This document shows positions 19,995 through 35,988 of a DNA stretch of 64,000 nt, one piece after another (within the stretch, counting starts at the first letter, position 1; the number at the start of each line of letters is the position of its first letter). Source of the DNA: the human T2T-CHM13v2.0 reference genome, Homo sapiens; assembly GCA_009914755.4 (NCBI GenBank), contig CP086569.2, positions 27,264,001 to 27,328,000 on the forward strand, given 5' to 3'. A model generated the notes under the pieces. The model was not told the origin of the DNA. It did not search any database and was given only the letters and a program-made list of their open reading frames with translations. Made by a program: the position numbers and the translations under genes.

Positions 19995-20368
19995 AATCAG
20001 TGCTATGGTTTTGTATTAGTCCATTTTCATACTGCTATGAAGAAATACCCAAGACTGGGTAGTTTATAAAGAAAAAGAGGCTTAGTGGACTCACAGTTCC
20101 ACATGGCTGGGGAGGCCTCACAATCAGAAAGCAAAGGAGAAGCAAAGGCACATCTTACACAGTGGCAGGCAAGAGAGCATGTGCAGGGGAACTGTCCTTT
20201 ATAAAACCATCAGATCTCATAAGACTTACTATCACAAGAGTAGCATGGGAAAAACCCACCCCGTGATTCAGTTACCTCCCATCAGGTCCCTCCCACTTCA
20301 TGTGGGGATTATGGGAGCTACAATTCAAGGTGAGATTTGGATGGGGACACAGCCAAACCATATCAAGT
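19995..20368 (-). mobile_element. MaLR LTR (THE1-like, antisense)
   Basis: tgtattagtccattttcatactgctatgaagaaatacccaagactgggtagtttataaag ... ccaaaccatatca is the reverse complement of the THE1 LTR start tgatatggtttgg. Confidence 0.75.
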
Positions 20369-20700
20369 TTGAATGTTCCCTCCAAAACTCATGTTGACCC
20401 TTAATCCACAATGTGGCAGTATTGAGAGGTGGGGCCTTTAAGAGTTGATTGGATCATGAGGGCTCTGCCCTCAATGGATTAATCCACACATGGATTAATG
20501 GATTAATGGGCTATCATGGGAGGGCACTGGTGGCTTTATAAGAGGGAGAATCTAGCATAGCACCTGAGCATGCTCAGCCACTTCAGAACTCTGTAGAGAG
20601 TCCCCACCAGCAAGAAGTCTCTCACCAGATATGGCCCCTTGAGCTTGACATCTCAGCTTCCATAACTAAGAAATACATTCATTTCTTTATAAATTCTCTG
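20369..20700 (+). mobile_element. MaLR LTR (MST/THE-like, sense)
   Basis: agtttgaatgttccctccaaaactcatgttgacccttaatccacaatgtggcagtattgagaggtggggcctttaagag... Confidence 0.65.
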
Positions 20701-20782
20701 CTTCATACCATACATACAAAAAATCCAATTCTGTCGGATTTATGATTTAAATGATGAACAAAATTTGAAATGTTTGAAGCAG

Positions 20783-21428
<646 letters not shown>

Positions 21429-21473
21429 TTAAGATATCAAAAGCATAATCTCTGAATAAATTTGACTATGTTA

Positions 21474-23170
<1,697 letters not shown>

Positions 23171-23657
23171 CTGTTCCTCAAGTTGGATGGCAGATTCACA
23201 GGTGGTCATTTCATCATGCTTTCATGTTATACTCATTATATGATGACTATATTATAATTATACTATATGTTATGCATATTATACATTATATTATACATAT
23301 TTTGTATGTAACAATGTTTCATAATATTTTAAGGAATGAATGGAAATGGGCACATAAATGTAGATATGCAGTGCCTCGTCGTTAGTAGAGTCTCAGAATT
23401 ATCAGATTCCAAGATAATTCCTACACAAAAACAAGCAAACAAATGGCATGTTATCTTGAATGAAAAGACCATCCATATTCTAATAAACTGAGACAATCAA
23501 GTAGGGAATCCCTCTTTTAAGGTTGGCATTTGTTGTATGCTTGGAAGTGATTTGAAGCAGAAATTGGTTGTGAATAAATCTTCTCCTTATTAATAAAACA
23601 GAAGCTTGTTTTTAATGTCATATTATCCCTGCCAAGAAATTAAAAATCCTGGAGGTA

Positions 23658-24002
<345 letters not shown>

Positions 24003-24356
24003 TTACTTATAACCTCAATCATTTATTAATCAACCTAAATTTAATCCTTGATTTTATAATATCTTTCTATAGAGTTTTGTTTTGGTTTTGCTTTGTTTTT
24101 AGAAAAGGCAGGTGCATTTACCTTCTTAGGGGATGACCATTGGTATTTTAAAAAATAATACATTTGCTGAGAATTCCTTAAATTTTTCTAATTTCCACTA
24201 GCCAGTGATGACATTGTCCCTTTTTTGCAGAAAAGTTTGGAAGATGATGATACCACCACAGTTCACACCATGTTGCTAAAAACATTTTTCGTTTGACCAT
24301 TTATACATTTGGTTCTAAAGAAGGTGTTATCCTTAGATTCTTGGATCTAACAAATA

Positions 24357-24650
24357 TATTTTTTTTTTTTTTGAGGAATCTCACTCTGTCACCTGGGCTA
24401 GAGTGCAGTCTGTGATCTCAGCTCACTGTAACCTCCACCTTCTGGGTTCCAGGGATTCTCCTGCCTCAGCCTCCTGAGTAGCTGGGACTACATGTGCCCG
24501 CCACCATGCCTGGCTAATTTCTGTATTTTTGGTTGAGATGGGGCTTCAGTATGTTGGCCAGGCTGGTCTCGAACTCCTGACCTCAAGTGATAACGCCCGT
24601 CTCGGCCTCCGAAAGTCCTGAGATTGCAGGCATGAGCCACCTTGCCCAGC
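24357..24650 (-). mobile_element. Alu SINE (antisense)
   Basis: Poly-T, then reverse-complement Alu ending catgagccaccttgcccagc. Confidence 0.9.
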
Positions 24651-26944
24651 AAGAGTATGTTATCTTAAGATTCTTGCCTCATTACTATTCTTAAAATTGC
24701 TCTAAAACTTGCTTAAACAATCAGATTTAAATTATGTAAATACAGACAACAAAACTCTTAATTGTAAAGGTGCTTTTAAAATTCATGCATTTATACATGG
24801 CATGCAAATTGGCTACAAATTGGGAAGATTTTATTCTAAGTAACCAAATCTTAAAGAGCTAAAGCAAACCTGCTTTATAAAATACATTAATTCAAGGACT
24901 AAGCAATTCCTGAAAACAGACTGATTTACTGTGCTTCTTAATATTTCCTCAAACTAGAATATGAGTGATGGTGGTAGAAGGAGGAAGTAGCTCATACTTG
25001 GAGGAACAAACAGCTGCTGGAATATGCTTGTGGTTTAGAGCTTCTTTGAAAAATCCTGTTAACTGCAAAAGAAAGGAAGGACTAATATTTTCCATGATTT
25101 CAGTAACATCTTTATGAAGATACTCCTTTTGAATGTGGTACAGAAAGTTAGAAAACACTTAGGCATGGTATCTGGCATAGTGCCCCCAAGGGAGCATTTC
25201 ATAAACAGATGGTCTGTGGCTTATGATGCTTTGACTTAAAATTTTTCAACTTTATGATGGTTCCAAAGGCAATGCACATTCAGTAGAAACCATACTTCAA
25301 GTCCCCATACAACTATTCTGTTTTTCATGTTCAGGATGTTGTTCCCATAAATTACATGAGCTATTTAACACTTCATAATAAAATAGGATTTGTGTTAGAT
25401 GATTTTGCCCAACTGTAGGCTGATGTAGTGTTGAGTATGTTTAAGGTAGGCTAGGCTAAGCTCTGATGTTCAGTAGGTTAGGTATATTAAAGGCACTTGA
25501 CTTATGATATTTTCCCTTCCTAATAAACACATCGTAAGTCAAGAAGCACCTGTATCTGATAGAGGTCTACCTTTACCAATTTAAATTGACAAATTTAATA
25601 TTCCTGTCTTGTTTTTAAATTGAAGAACAATAGCAGATCTGAAATAAATACCGCAGTTAGCTTTGCATTTTGACTATTTATTGAACAGTTCAGAGGGCAA
25701 GGTAGCAAAGAGAAACGCTCTGAGTGTGTCTTTGATTGCCAGCTCCTTAATTGTCAACAATTCTACAGTGGCTTTCCTGTATTTTTCTGTGCTTTTTTCT
25801 GTTCTCTTCTCTGCTTTGGAGTCAGAAACTTCAGTTCAAATCCCTGCCGTGACAACATAACAATCTATCAGCCTGTTTCCTCCTTCATAAATGATGGCTA
25901 TAATTTCCATCTCACAGGATTTGTAAGTGTTTGAATTGAATGAGGTAATGTATTAATACATACTACTTGGTTCAAAAATAATATCCGTCTCTTTCCACAT
26001 GCTTCTTAGAACTCCAGTGCCACGATGGACAAAGTGAGCCACTTTCTTCACTGTCCAATATCAATTTGGGAATGGCAGCTTGCTGCGTTTGTATTTTCAG
26101 ATTTAGTTAACATTACCTTCCATCAGTGAAATAGAATACTTAATCTTTATTATGTATTCCTCTCATTTTCCAATATCTTTAAAGTTATTTTATCACTATT
26201 TTAAAAATCAATCTTGTGAACTTTTGCTTTTGCATGGAGGAAAGTGGGATTGGTCAAACATTGAAATGGGGTGATTGGTTCTTTAATTTCTCTGTATTTA
26301 GTCCTACACCTAATAGCTTCAAGCTCTCTCCTAGGAAGACAGGACTCTGGGTATGTCCAAATGAGTAAACACTCTTAATGACTTTTCTCTGTCGTATGCC
26401 ATAATATCTTTTTGAGTGTTCCAGAGAACTGAATAAAAGTAGATCTCTCCATATTAACTAAATGATAATGGCTAACATCTGTGTGGTACTTTGCATATAT
26501 AGTGTTTTCACATATAACACTCATTCATTAATTTGTTAAGTATTTACTGAGCTCTGCCATGTGCTTTGCCTCTACTAGACATCAGAGTATAGTATAATGA
26601 AGTACTCCTTGACCTTGAGGTGTCATCATAAATTGACTTCCCAAGAAAGCCTTCTCCTCCTGCTTTGTTAAGTCACTCCTCCCTTCTTATTGTCTAGTAC
26701 CATACTCTGTCTCCTTTACAATATTTTCTGTGCTGATCTCCTTAAAGGTAGGGGTTGTGTCAGTTTCTGTCACGTCTGTGAGGTCCTGACTGTAAGACCT
26801 AGGTATTGCTAGGCCCAAAATGGGCACTTAAAATCAGTTGAGTGAGTGGAAGAATGGATGAAGGCAACATGCTCATAGGAAAGAGACAGGCTACAGATTC
26901 ATTGCTACAGAATGTGATGGGTACTAAGGCAGAGAGGTGGGTTA

Positions 26945-27130
26945 AGGGCATTGTGTTAGTCTGTTTTGAGCTGCTGTAACAGAATACCACAGACTGGGTA
27001 ATGTATAAAGAACAGGAATTTGTTTTCTCAGAGGTCTGGACGCTAGGAAGTCCAAGATGAAGGCACTGGCAGGTTCATTTATCTGGTGAGCGTCTAGTCT
27101 CTGCTTCCAAGATGGCATCTTGACTGTTGC
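26945..27130 (+). mobile_element. LTR-type interspersed repeat fragment (MaLR/ERV-like)
   Basis: tgtgttagtctgttttgagctgctgtaacagaataccacagactgggtaatgtataaagaacaggaatttgttttctcagaggtctgga... is a common LTR 5' motif. The family is not resolved. Confidence 0.5.
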
Positions 27131-27590
27131 ATCCTTGAGGAGTGGGGGAAGAATGCTGTGTTCTCATTCCATGGATGAATGGATAAACAAAATGAGGTAT
27201 AGATTTACAGCGGAATATGATTCAGCCTTGAAAGAAGTGCAGTTCTTATATATGCTACAACATAGATGAAACTTGAGGACATTATGCTAAGTGAAGTAAG
27301 CCAGTCACAGAAGAACAAATATTATATGATTCTGCTTATGTGAGACACCTAGAATAGGCAAATTCATAGAGACGGAAAGTAGTTTCCATGGGGTGGGGGT
27401 AGGGGAGAATAGAGTTAGTGTTTAATGAGTATAGACTTTCTGTTTGGGATAATTTTTTTAAAAGTTCAGGGAATGGATAGTAGAGATGGCTACATAACAG
27501 TGTGAATGTACTTCACACCACTGAATTGCACACTTAAACATGGTTAAGATGGTACATTTTTTTGTGTATTTTACCAAAAGAAAAAAAAAA
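27131..27590 (+). mobile_element. L1 LINE 3' end (sense, L1M-like)
   Basis: ...acaacatagatgaaacttgaggacattatgctaagtgaagtaagccagtcacagaagaacaaatatt...ggggtgggggtaggggag...cactgaattgcacacttaaacatggttaagatggtacatttt. Confidence 0.75.
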
Positions 27591-27595
27591 TTTAG

Positions 27596-27866
27596 GGCCA
27601 GGCAAGGTGGCCTACATCTGTAATCCCAACACATTGGGATGCCGAGGTGGGAGGATCACTTGAGCCCAGGAGTTTGAGACGAGCCTGGGCAACATAGTGA
27701 GACCCCATCTCTTAAAAACAAATGGTGGGTGCCTATGGTCCCAGATACTCAGGAGGCTGAGGTGGGAAGATCACTTGAGCCCATGAGTTCAAGGCTGCAG
27801 TGATCTGTGATCATGCCACTGCGCTCCAACCTGGAAAACGGAGTGAGACCCTGCCTCAAAAAAAAT
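27596..27866 (+). mobile_element. Alu SINE (sense, older AluJ-like)
   Basis: Starts gggccaggcaaggtggcctacatctgtaatcccaacacattgggatgccgaggtgggagg and ends in poly-A. Confidence 0.88.
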
Positions 27867-28992
27867 TTGTATGATAAAGCACAGACCATGTATATAATAA
27901 AGATACTTCAGCCATTTGAAGGAGTGTTGTGTTCTCAAGCCAAAGAGAGAAGCACATATTATCCCCAAAAAACACACAGTTAGCAAAGCATCCAGGGAAG
28001 CTGGAAGTGCTGGTGTTTGGTGGCTGAGGTTAGTAGATGTGACTGCTCTGTTCTTGGCACCCCATGGGTACTTATCATCATCTTCTTAGCCACCACTGAC
28101 AGGGTCCTGCTTGACAGACTGACCCTGTGCTGTGTATATCACATACATTATCACTGAATTTTTGAAACACCTTATAAAGTAGACATTATTCCAATTTATA
28201 GGAATTTAATACCTTTCTGAAATTTGCTAAGTGGTGCAGCCAGCACTTAAAGCCTAGATCAGCAGACTCCAATAATGAAGTATTTTCCTCAGTATATCCC
28301 AAGGATAGCTTTTAAGAATAATTGTATGGACAATCTGGAGTAAAAGGAATATGAATTTCTTCATTTAGGTTCAGCAAGATGCCCTGACAAGATGACCACA
28401 AATGCAGGAATGTTGGAGTGGTAGTTAATATTTAGATGAGAAATCATTAAAGAGTGGAATAGTAATGTGAGTTTCTGGGGCTACTTCAGTAGGGCATTTT
28501 GGAGCTGATTGAGGGGGCAAAAATTAAAGCCAGAAAGCTCAGTGGGGCAAATGTCATAGTGGCCACAGAGAAACAAAGTTTCAAAATGAGATGCTAAGTG
28601 AGAAACAGCAACTGAGACAAGAAGTAATGTTTCCAGGATCACAATGGGCATAAGGAGAATTGTTCTTTTAGACTCTGGGTGAGCTTGCAGTAATCCAAGG
28701 ATGGGTGATTTAGGCCACTGAACTCTGGCTCTAAGTACAGCTCTAATCCCTAAACTTTCACCAAGAGGGATCAGGAGAAGAAAGGGGAGGAGGGGAGTCA
28801 GGTGTGCCACATATCTGCTACTGAAAAATGCCTGGATGGGAAAGGAGTTTGAAATGTTGTCCTAAAATGAAGTTTCTGAGTTAGATGGGCTGAATTTTAC
28901 CATGTGTTCACTGTTATTACTGTGTAAAATCAAGAGATTTAAATGAGACTAAGATCTAATTAGCTTTCTGAGATATTGAAAACTGAGAACCT

Positions 28993-29110
28993 GGCTGGGC
29001 ATGGTGGCTCACGCCTGTAATCTCAGCACTTTGGGAGGCTGAGGCAGGTGGATCACCTGAGGTCAAGAGTTTGAAACCAGCCTGGCTAACATGGTTGAAA
29101 CTCTGTCTCT
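28993..29110 (+). mobile_element. Alu left-monomer fragment (sense)
   Basis: ggctgggcatggtggctcacgcctgtaatctcagcactttgggaggctgaggcaggtggatcacctgaggtcaagagtttgaaaccagcctggctaacatgg. Confidence 0.85.
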
Positions 29111-29292
29111 CTTATCAGTGAGAACCAAACCTGAGTCTGCAGTCTTAGGGCAGGGGCCCAGACAATGACAGGGGCTCTTCTCTTTGAGACTTGTCACCTA
29201 GAACTCATTGTCACTGGAAGCCAGAGCCTAAATGACACTATCAGTTTCCTTGGGTTACAAGAACAAGTTTTCATTAATTAATTAATTATTCA

Positions 29293-29583
29293 TTTATTTT
29301 GAGACAGACTCTTGCTGTGTTGCCCAGGGGCTGGAGTACAGTGGCACGATCTTGGCTCACTGCAACCTCTGCCTCTGGGTTCAAGTGATTCTCCTGCCTC
29401 AGCCTCCCGAGTAGCTGGCACTACAGCCACATGCCACCACACCTGGCTAATTTTTTTTATTTTCAGTAGAGACAGGGTTTTGCCATGTTTCGAGGCTGGG
29501 CTTGAACTCCTGACTTCAGGTTATCCGCCCACCTCAGCCTCCCAAAGTGCTGGGATTACAGGCGTGAGCCACCACGCCTGGCC
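29293..29583 (-). mobile_element. Alu SINE (antisense)
   Basis: Reverse-complement Alu ending gtgagccaccacgcctggcc. Confidence 0.9.
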
Positions 29584-30021
29584 AAGTCTGAGTTTTTACT
29601 GGGGAAGCCAAGTAGCAGTTCAGGGACTTGTGGCCACCAACTGTCTCTGAGATTCAAGGTCTATTCTTTCTACTGGGGACTGAGATGGGCGGATAACCAT
29701 GCAGACTTAAGGAGGAGTCATATGAATGATTCAGCCTGGGAGGAAGTCTGAGCTAGCTATAACTGGAGGAATAATTTCCCTCTGTAGGAATTCCTGCTCT
29801 ACCTACTTATTATAGGAGTAAAGTGGTCATGATTTAAACAGTCTTGTCTATACCTGTTATGTTATAAGGATGTGTTAATGGCCCTATCTGCTAAGAGTGA
29901 GTTGTTCTTAAAAATAAAATAAAAATTAGTAAATTTATACACACACTATTTGTTATGCAAATCCTAAGAGTGATGTTCCAAAAAAACAAATTTTGGAAGT
30001 AAATAAGTATATAAATAGGCT

Positions 30022-30180
30022 TTTTTTTTTTTTGAGATGGAGTTTTGCTCTTGTTGCCTAGGCTGGAGTGCAGTCATGCAATCTCAGCTCACTGCAGCCT
30101 CCGCCTCTTGGATTCAAGCGATTCTCCTGCCTCAGCCTCCTGAGTAGCTGGGATTACATGTGTCCGTCACCACTCCCAGC

Positions 30181-30239
<59 letters not shown>

Positions 30240-30275
30240 TAATATATATATTTATATATATTTATATATATATAT

Positions 30276-30307
<32 letters not shown>

Positions 30308-30432
30308 TTTTTAGTAGAGAAGGGGTTTCACCACATAGGCTAGGCTGGTCTTGAACTCTTGACCTCAGGTGATCCACCTGCCTCAGCCTCCCAAAGTGCT
30401 GGGATTGCAGGCATGAGCCACCGCACCAGGCC
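30022..30432 (-). mobile_element. Alu SINE (antisense) carrying an expanded internal (TA)n
   Basis: Poly-T, then the reverse-complement right arm to ...ccactcccagctaatt, then (TA)n, then ttagtagagaaggggtttcacc...gagccaccgcaccaggcc. Confidence 0.9.
30185..30300. repeat. (TA)n microsatellite of about 115 bp with interspersed TTTA, inside the Alu linker
   Basis: atatatatatatat...tttatatatatatt... running uninterrupted. Confidence 0.95.
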
Positions 30433-30753
30433 TAGAAAGGTACTTTAGATAGTGCCAGAGTTGAGGATTTGGCCTGCGACTTACTGTAGTTGCCACACTG
30501 CAGTTTCCACACTGTGGCCTTAGAACAGTCTTATCCAGTCCTGAAACCCCAGTGCCTTGGAAACATCAGGACTGGTCAGAAGGACAGTAAGTCCTCAAGG
30601 CATCAGCCTCTGCTCCTCCTGACAGATTGAGGGGTAAGTATTCCAAGCTCTCTGCAGGACCCATAACCTGGATGTGGACACCAAGTCCTGCTAGGATCTG
30701 CTTCCAGAAGAGTTGATCCCAGTCATGAAACTGTCCTGATGCCTTCATCCTGT

Positions 30754-30940
30754 ATCAGCCTCGTGAGTAGCCAGTAGCTGGGACCACAGGGGCGCACCAC
30801 CACACCTGCCCAATTTTTTTTTGTTGAGACGGGTTTTGTCATGTTGCCCAGGCTGGTCTGGAACTCTTGAGCTCAAGTGATGTGCATGCCTCAGTCTCCC
30901 AAAGTGCTGGGATTATAGGCGTGAGCCACCACACGCAGCC
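30754..30940 (-). mobile_element. Alu SINE fragment (antisense, truncated)
   Basis: ...gtagctgggaccacaggggcgcaccaccacacctgcc...gggattataggcgtgagccaccacacgcagcc. Confidence 0.85.
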
Positions 30941-31049
30941 AAATTTGTGATCTTTTATGCATTGTTTCTCTCATGTAGCATGTTTTCAAGTTTTATCCAA
31001 CTTGCAGTGTATTAATGCTGAATAATACTCCATTGTGTAGATATACTAT

Positions 31050-31385
31050 ATTTTTATTTTTTTAATTTTATTTTTAATTGGTACACAACAAATATTTGTA
31101 CATATTTATGGGGTACAGATGATATGTTGTTACATGCATAGAATGTGTTATGACCAATCAGGGTATTAAAGGTATCTGCCACTTTGAGTATTTGTCATTT
31201 CTGTATGTTGGAAACATTTCAAGTCCTCTTTTAGAGCTATTTTGAAATATACTATACATTGTTGTTAACTGTAGTCACCCTACTCTGCTATAGAACATTA
31301 GAACTTATTCCTTCTGTCTAACTGTATTAACCAACCACTCTTCCCTGCCAACCGACACACACTTCCCAGTTTCTGTTATCTGGTA
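31050..31385 (-). mobile_element. L1 LINE 3'UTR fragment (antisense, L1MA/L1PB-like)
   Basis: T-rich head, then tacatatttatggggtacagatgatatgttgttacatgcatagaatgtgttatgaccaatcagggtatt...gtcaccctactctgctatagaacattagaacttattcc, the reverse complement of the L1 3'UTR. Confidence 0.75.
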
Positions 31386-31510
31386 TTTTTGTAGAGATGG
31401 GGTTTTGCGATGTTGGCCAGGCTGGTCTTGAACTCCTGACCTCAGGTGATCTGCCTGCTTTAGCCTCCCAAAGTGCTGGGATTACAGGCATGAGCCACCA
31501 CGCCTGGCCT
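31385..31510 (-). mobile_element. Alu left-arm fragment (antisense)
   Basis: gtagagatggggttttgcgatgttggccaggctggtcttgaactcctgacctcaggtgatctgcc...gcatgagccaccacgcctggcc. Confidence 0.85.
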
Positions 31511-31794
31511 TTTTTTGATGTTTATTCCACATTGTGTCAGTCCTCACACGTCTCCTGGGATCCATCTGACATGTAATCTGTTGGTTTTCCAGCAGTAATA
31601 ATTTCACGTAAAATCCTAAATCTGACCTGAAATATTTTCTCTTCTCTTGTTGATTATCTTTAAATCAACTATTTTGATATACTGAGATATTAACTATTTT
31701 GATATACTGAGATATAATTCAGTTGGTTCATGACTGTGCCAATAGCTCTATTTTTATATACAAATAGACATGCCTAAATCCAGTTGTTTTTTTT

Positions 31795-33350
31795 TGTATG
31801 TACATTTTATTTAATTAATTTTTAACTTTTATTTTAGGTTCAAGGGTATATGTGCAGGTTTGTTATATATGTAAATTTTGTGTCATGGGGGTTTGATGTA
31901 CGGATTGTTTTGTCACTCAGGTGATAAGCATAGTACCTGATAGGTAGCTTTTTGATACTCACCCTCCTCCCAGCCTCCAACCCTCAAGTAGGCCCCAATG
32001 TCTGTTGTTCCCATATTTGTGCCCATGTGTACTCAATGTTTAACTCCCACTTATAAGTGAGAACATGAGGTATTTGGTTTCCTGTTCCTGTGTTAGTTTG
32101 CTTAGAATAATTTTTAAGCTGGAGCTGGATGGCCTCCAGGCTTTTAGGCTTTTAGACTGGATTGCTGCAAAGGGCATGATCTTGTTTTTATTTTATGGCT
32201 GCATAGTATTCTATGGTATATGTGTGCCACATTTTTTTATTCAGTTCACCATTGATGGGCACCTAGGTAAATTCTGTGTCTTTGATATTGTGAATAGTGC
32301 TGCGATGAACATATGTGTGCATGTGTCTTCATGGCAGAATTATATTTATATTCCTGTGGGTATATACTCAGTAATAGGATTGCTGGGTCACAGGGTAATT
32401 CTCAAGTTCTTTGAAAAATCACCAAACTGCTTTCCATAATGGCTGAACTAATTTACATACCCAGAAGTAGTGTATAAGCATTCCCTTTCCTCTGCAACTT
32501 TGCCAGCATCTATTTTTTGGCTTTTTAATAATAGCTATTCTGACTGGTATGAGATGGTATCTCATTGTAGTTTTGATCTGCATTTCTCTAGGATTAGTGA
32601 TGTTGAGCGTTTTTTCATGTTTGTTAGCTGTGTGTATGTCTTTTGAGAAGTGTCTGTTCCTGTACTTTTCCTGTACTTTGCCCCTCCCTTTTTTTTAGTG
32701 AGGTTGTTTGTTTTTTGCTTGTAAATTTGTTTCAGTTCCTTATAGATTCTGGATATTAGACCCTTGTCAGATGCCTAATCTGTAAATATTTTTTCTCATT
32801 CTGTAGGCTGTCTGTTCAGTCTGTTGATAGTTTCTTTTGCTGTGCAGAAGCTCTTTAATTAGGTTCCACTTGTCTGTTTTTGTTTTTGTTGCAATTGCTT
32901 TTGGCATCTTTATCATGAAATCTTCACAAGGTCCTATGTCAGAATGGTATTTCCTAGCTTATCTTCCAGGGATTTTATAGTTTTAGGTTTTACATTTAAG
33001 CCTTTTATCCATCATGGGTTGATTTTTGTTTGTGGTGAAAAGAAGGGGTCCAGTTTCAATCTTCTGCATATGGCTAGTCAGTTATCCCAGCACCATTTGT
33101 TGAGTAGGAAGTCCTTTCTCCATCGCTTGTTTTTGTTGGCTTTGTCAAAGATCAGATGGTTGTAGCTGTGCAGCTTTATTTCTGGGTTCTCTAACCTGTT
33201 CCATTGGCCTGTGTGTCTGTTTTTGTACCAGTGCCATGCTGTTTTGCTCACTGTAGCCTTGTAGATGGTTTGAAGTTGGGTAGTGTGGCATCTCCAGCTT
33301 CATTCTTTTTGCGCAGGATTGCTTTGGCTATCGTCCACATAGCTAATCAA
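31795..33350 (-). mobile_element. L1 LINE 3' portion (antisense, L1PB-like)
   Basis: Poly-T, then ggttcaagggtatatgtgcaggtttgttatatatg...ctcccacttataagtgagaacatgaggtatttgg..., continuing through reverse-complement ORF2 (ccagaagtagtgtataagcattccc ...). Confidence 0.85.
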
Positions 33351-34791
33351 TCACAAGTTGTGCTAATTTTTTCTGCTGTTTCTCAAATCTGTGTCTCCTC
33401 TCAATTCTTACTACCACCCTGGTTTTTCAGGCCCTCAACATCTCTCACCTAAGCTGTGTAGTACCCTCCTAACTGATCCCTGACACTTCAGTGTTGCTCT
33501 CTCTCCTCACCACTGAAAGACAGTCTACATAAAACAAAATTATCATGAGACTTCCCTTTTTAAAATCCCTTTTTGACTCTCTATTGCCTATTAAATAATG
33601 CCTGTACTTCTTAATATACTGTACAGGCATCTCCTATTACTCCCTGCTCTACATTTGTTATTGCAGTAATAGGTAAATGTTTATAATTTCCCCTGAAGTC
33701 CCTCTGCTATTCAATGCTTCCATGTATTTGTTCATTATGATCTTTTTCTCTGAAATTCACTCCCCACTGTTTCTCCTGGTTTCTTATTTATTGTCCTTCA
33801 CACCCAAGCTCAAGCATGGTCTTTTTCAGAAAACCTACTTTGAAGTTCCAGAGTGGACCAAGGGCCACTTTTAATGTTCCCCATAGTGTTAAACTCTATC
33901 ATTTCACTTTAAACATACTTTTAAACCTGCTTCCTGAGTGTAAAGTTTGTTATAATTTTAATATTTGTATTTTTCTATGTCTTTTTCTTCTCTTTGTGGT
34001 TTCTGTTGACTCCTGCTTATGGTAGTTTGACTCTTCAACTCTGTTAAATTTTAGAATTACCTCATATTTGTCTAAACTTTAACTTTGGGTATCCTGAGAG
34101 AGTGGAATTGAGATGATTTGCCTGGTTTATGCTTGGTTCTGGAAGTAGTACCAATCAGAATCCATTCTAGTTTGATTTATTGGTTTGAGGTTTCTTGGAC
34201 TATGAATATGGTATAAATTCAAATTCCAGCCTAAGAGTAAAGCTGTTTAGAAAACATTAGGGAAGACTTAGAATTATTAATGTTTTTAAATCTACTGCCT
34301 GCAGACTGATTTGCTTATTGGTTCATTGTCATATCCTTCCAACTTTGTCTTTTCTACTAAATATATAGCCGATTTTGGTCCCTGGATTTATATGGAGGTC
34401 TCAGACTCAGTTCCCTACTTTGTCAGGTTTAAATCCTGTTAGTCAGTTAACCAGAAAAATTCTACATCCCCAGCATTGCTGAACAGATTCCAAGGAATGT
34501 GTCAGAGCATTTCAAAGTCCCCTATTGACATCTCGTTCCCAGCTTTTTTAAAAAGAAAGTATTTTGACGTTCCTATTGATTGCCCCAATTCCTATTTGCT
34601 ACTTCAGGCAGCCACAGTGTTAACTAACAAAGCTCTAGGTTTTTGGTTTTGGCACACTTCCAGGGCATCTCTGTCTTCTGTGTTGACTGATGACTTTAGT
34701 TTCACCTCTAGATTGTGTGTACATGTGTGTAATCATTTTGTACTTCCTTCACATTTTGTGAGTTGAGAAATGTATTTAAAAGTGTATTTGG

Positions 34792-35095
34792 GGCTGGGCA
34801 TGGTAGCTCATGCCTGTAATCCCTTTGGGAGGCTGAGGTGGGAGGATAACCTGAGGTCAGGAGTTTGAGACCAGCCTGACCAATATGGTGAAACCCATCT
34901 CTACTAAAAATACAAAAGTTAGCTGGGCATGGTGACATGCACCTGTAATCCGAGCTACTAGGGAGGCTGAGTCAGGAGAATCACTGAACTTGGGAGGTAG
35001 AGGTTACAGTGAGCCAAGATTGCACCACTGCACTCCAGCCTGGGCAACAGAGTGAGACTCTGTTTCAAAAAAATAAATAAATAAAAATAAAAATA
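34792..35095 (+). mobile_element. Alu SINE (sense) with target-site duplication
   Basis: Starts ggctgggcatggtagctcatgcc. The direct repeat aaaagtgtatttgg occurs at 34778-34791 and 35096-35109. Confidence 0.93.
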
Positions 35096-35639
35096 AAAGT
35101 GTATTTGGAAGTGATGTCACTAAAAATGGCAAGCTAGGAACCTTCAAAAATTCCTTTATTCATAAAAGCAGCTGGGAAAAATAAAAGCAACTTTTTCAGG
35201 TCTCTGGAACATATCCAAAGGCTTGCTGCAATCTTGGGAGCATTTATTCAAGAATGTAAGCTGAATTTTGGTGGGAATATTGAGCTTTGTAGTATTCTTA
35301 CTTTATGCTCATTATATCCTTCCAGCTCCATGGTAGCCTTGAAAACCAACATCCTACAATTTTGGTGAAAAACAAGCTCCTGGGAGCCATAGAAAGGAAC
35401 AAAAGGGGGTTGGGACTCATTCAAAGCCTTATTCCCAGAGAAACGTCATTATGGGACCTGACTAGGAGGTCCAAGGAAGACCCCACGCACAAGGCTATCT
35501 TTATTTGGCCTGACTTAGAGCTCCCCCAGCCTTTGTTCATATTTGTTGAAGAAAATCAGAGGCAATTGCTGAACATAATGTCTACATGGGGTATAGATAA
35601 GTTGAGATACACAATATGCTAACAAAAAATGTAAACAAA

Positions 35640-35988
<349 letters not shown>

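Noticed and set aside
35305-35622. 105-aa ORF in unique sequence between two Alus
   Set aside because: No splice sites, no recognisable domain, an ordinary chance ORF length for AT-rich DNA. It cannot be supported.
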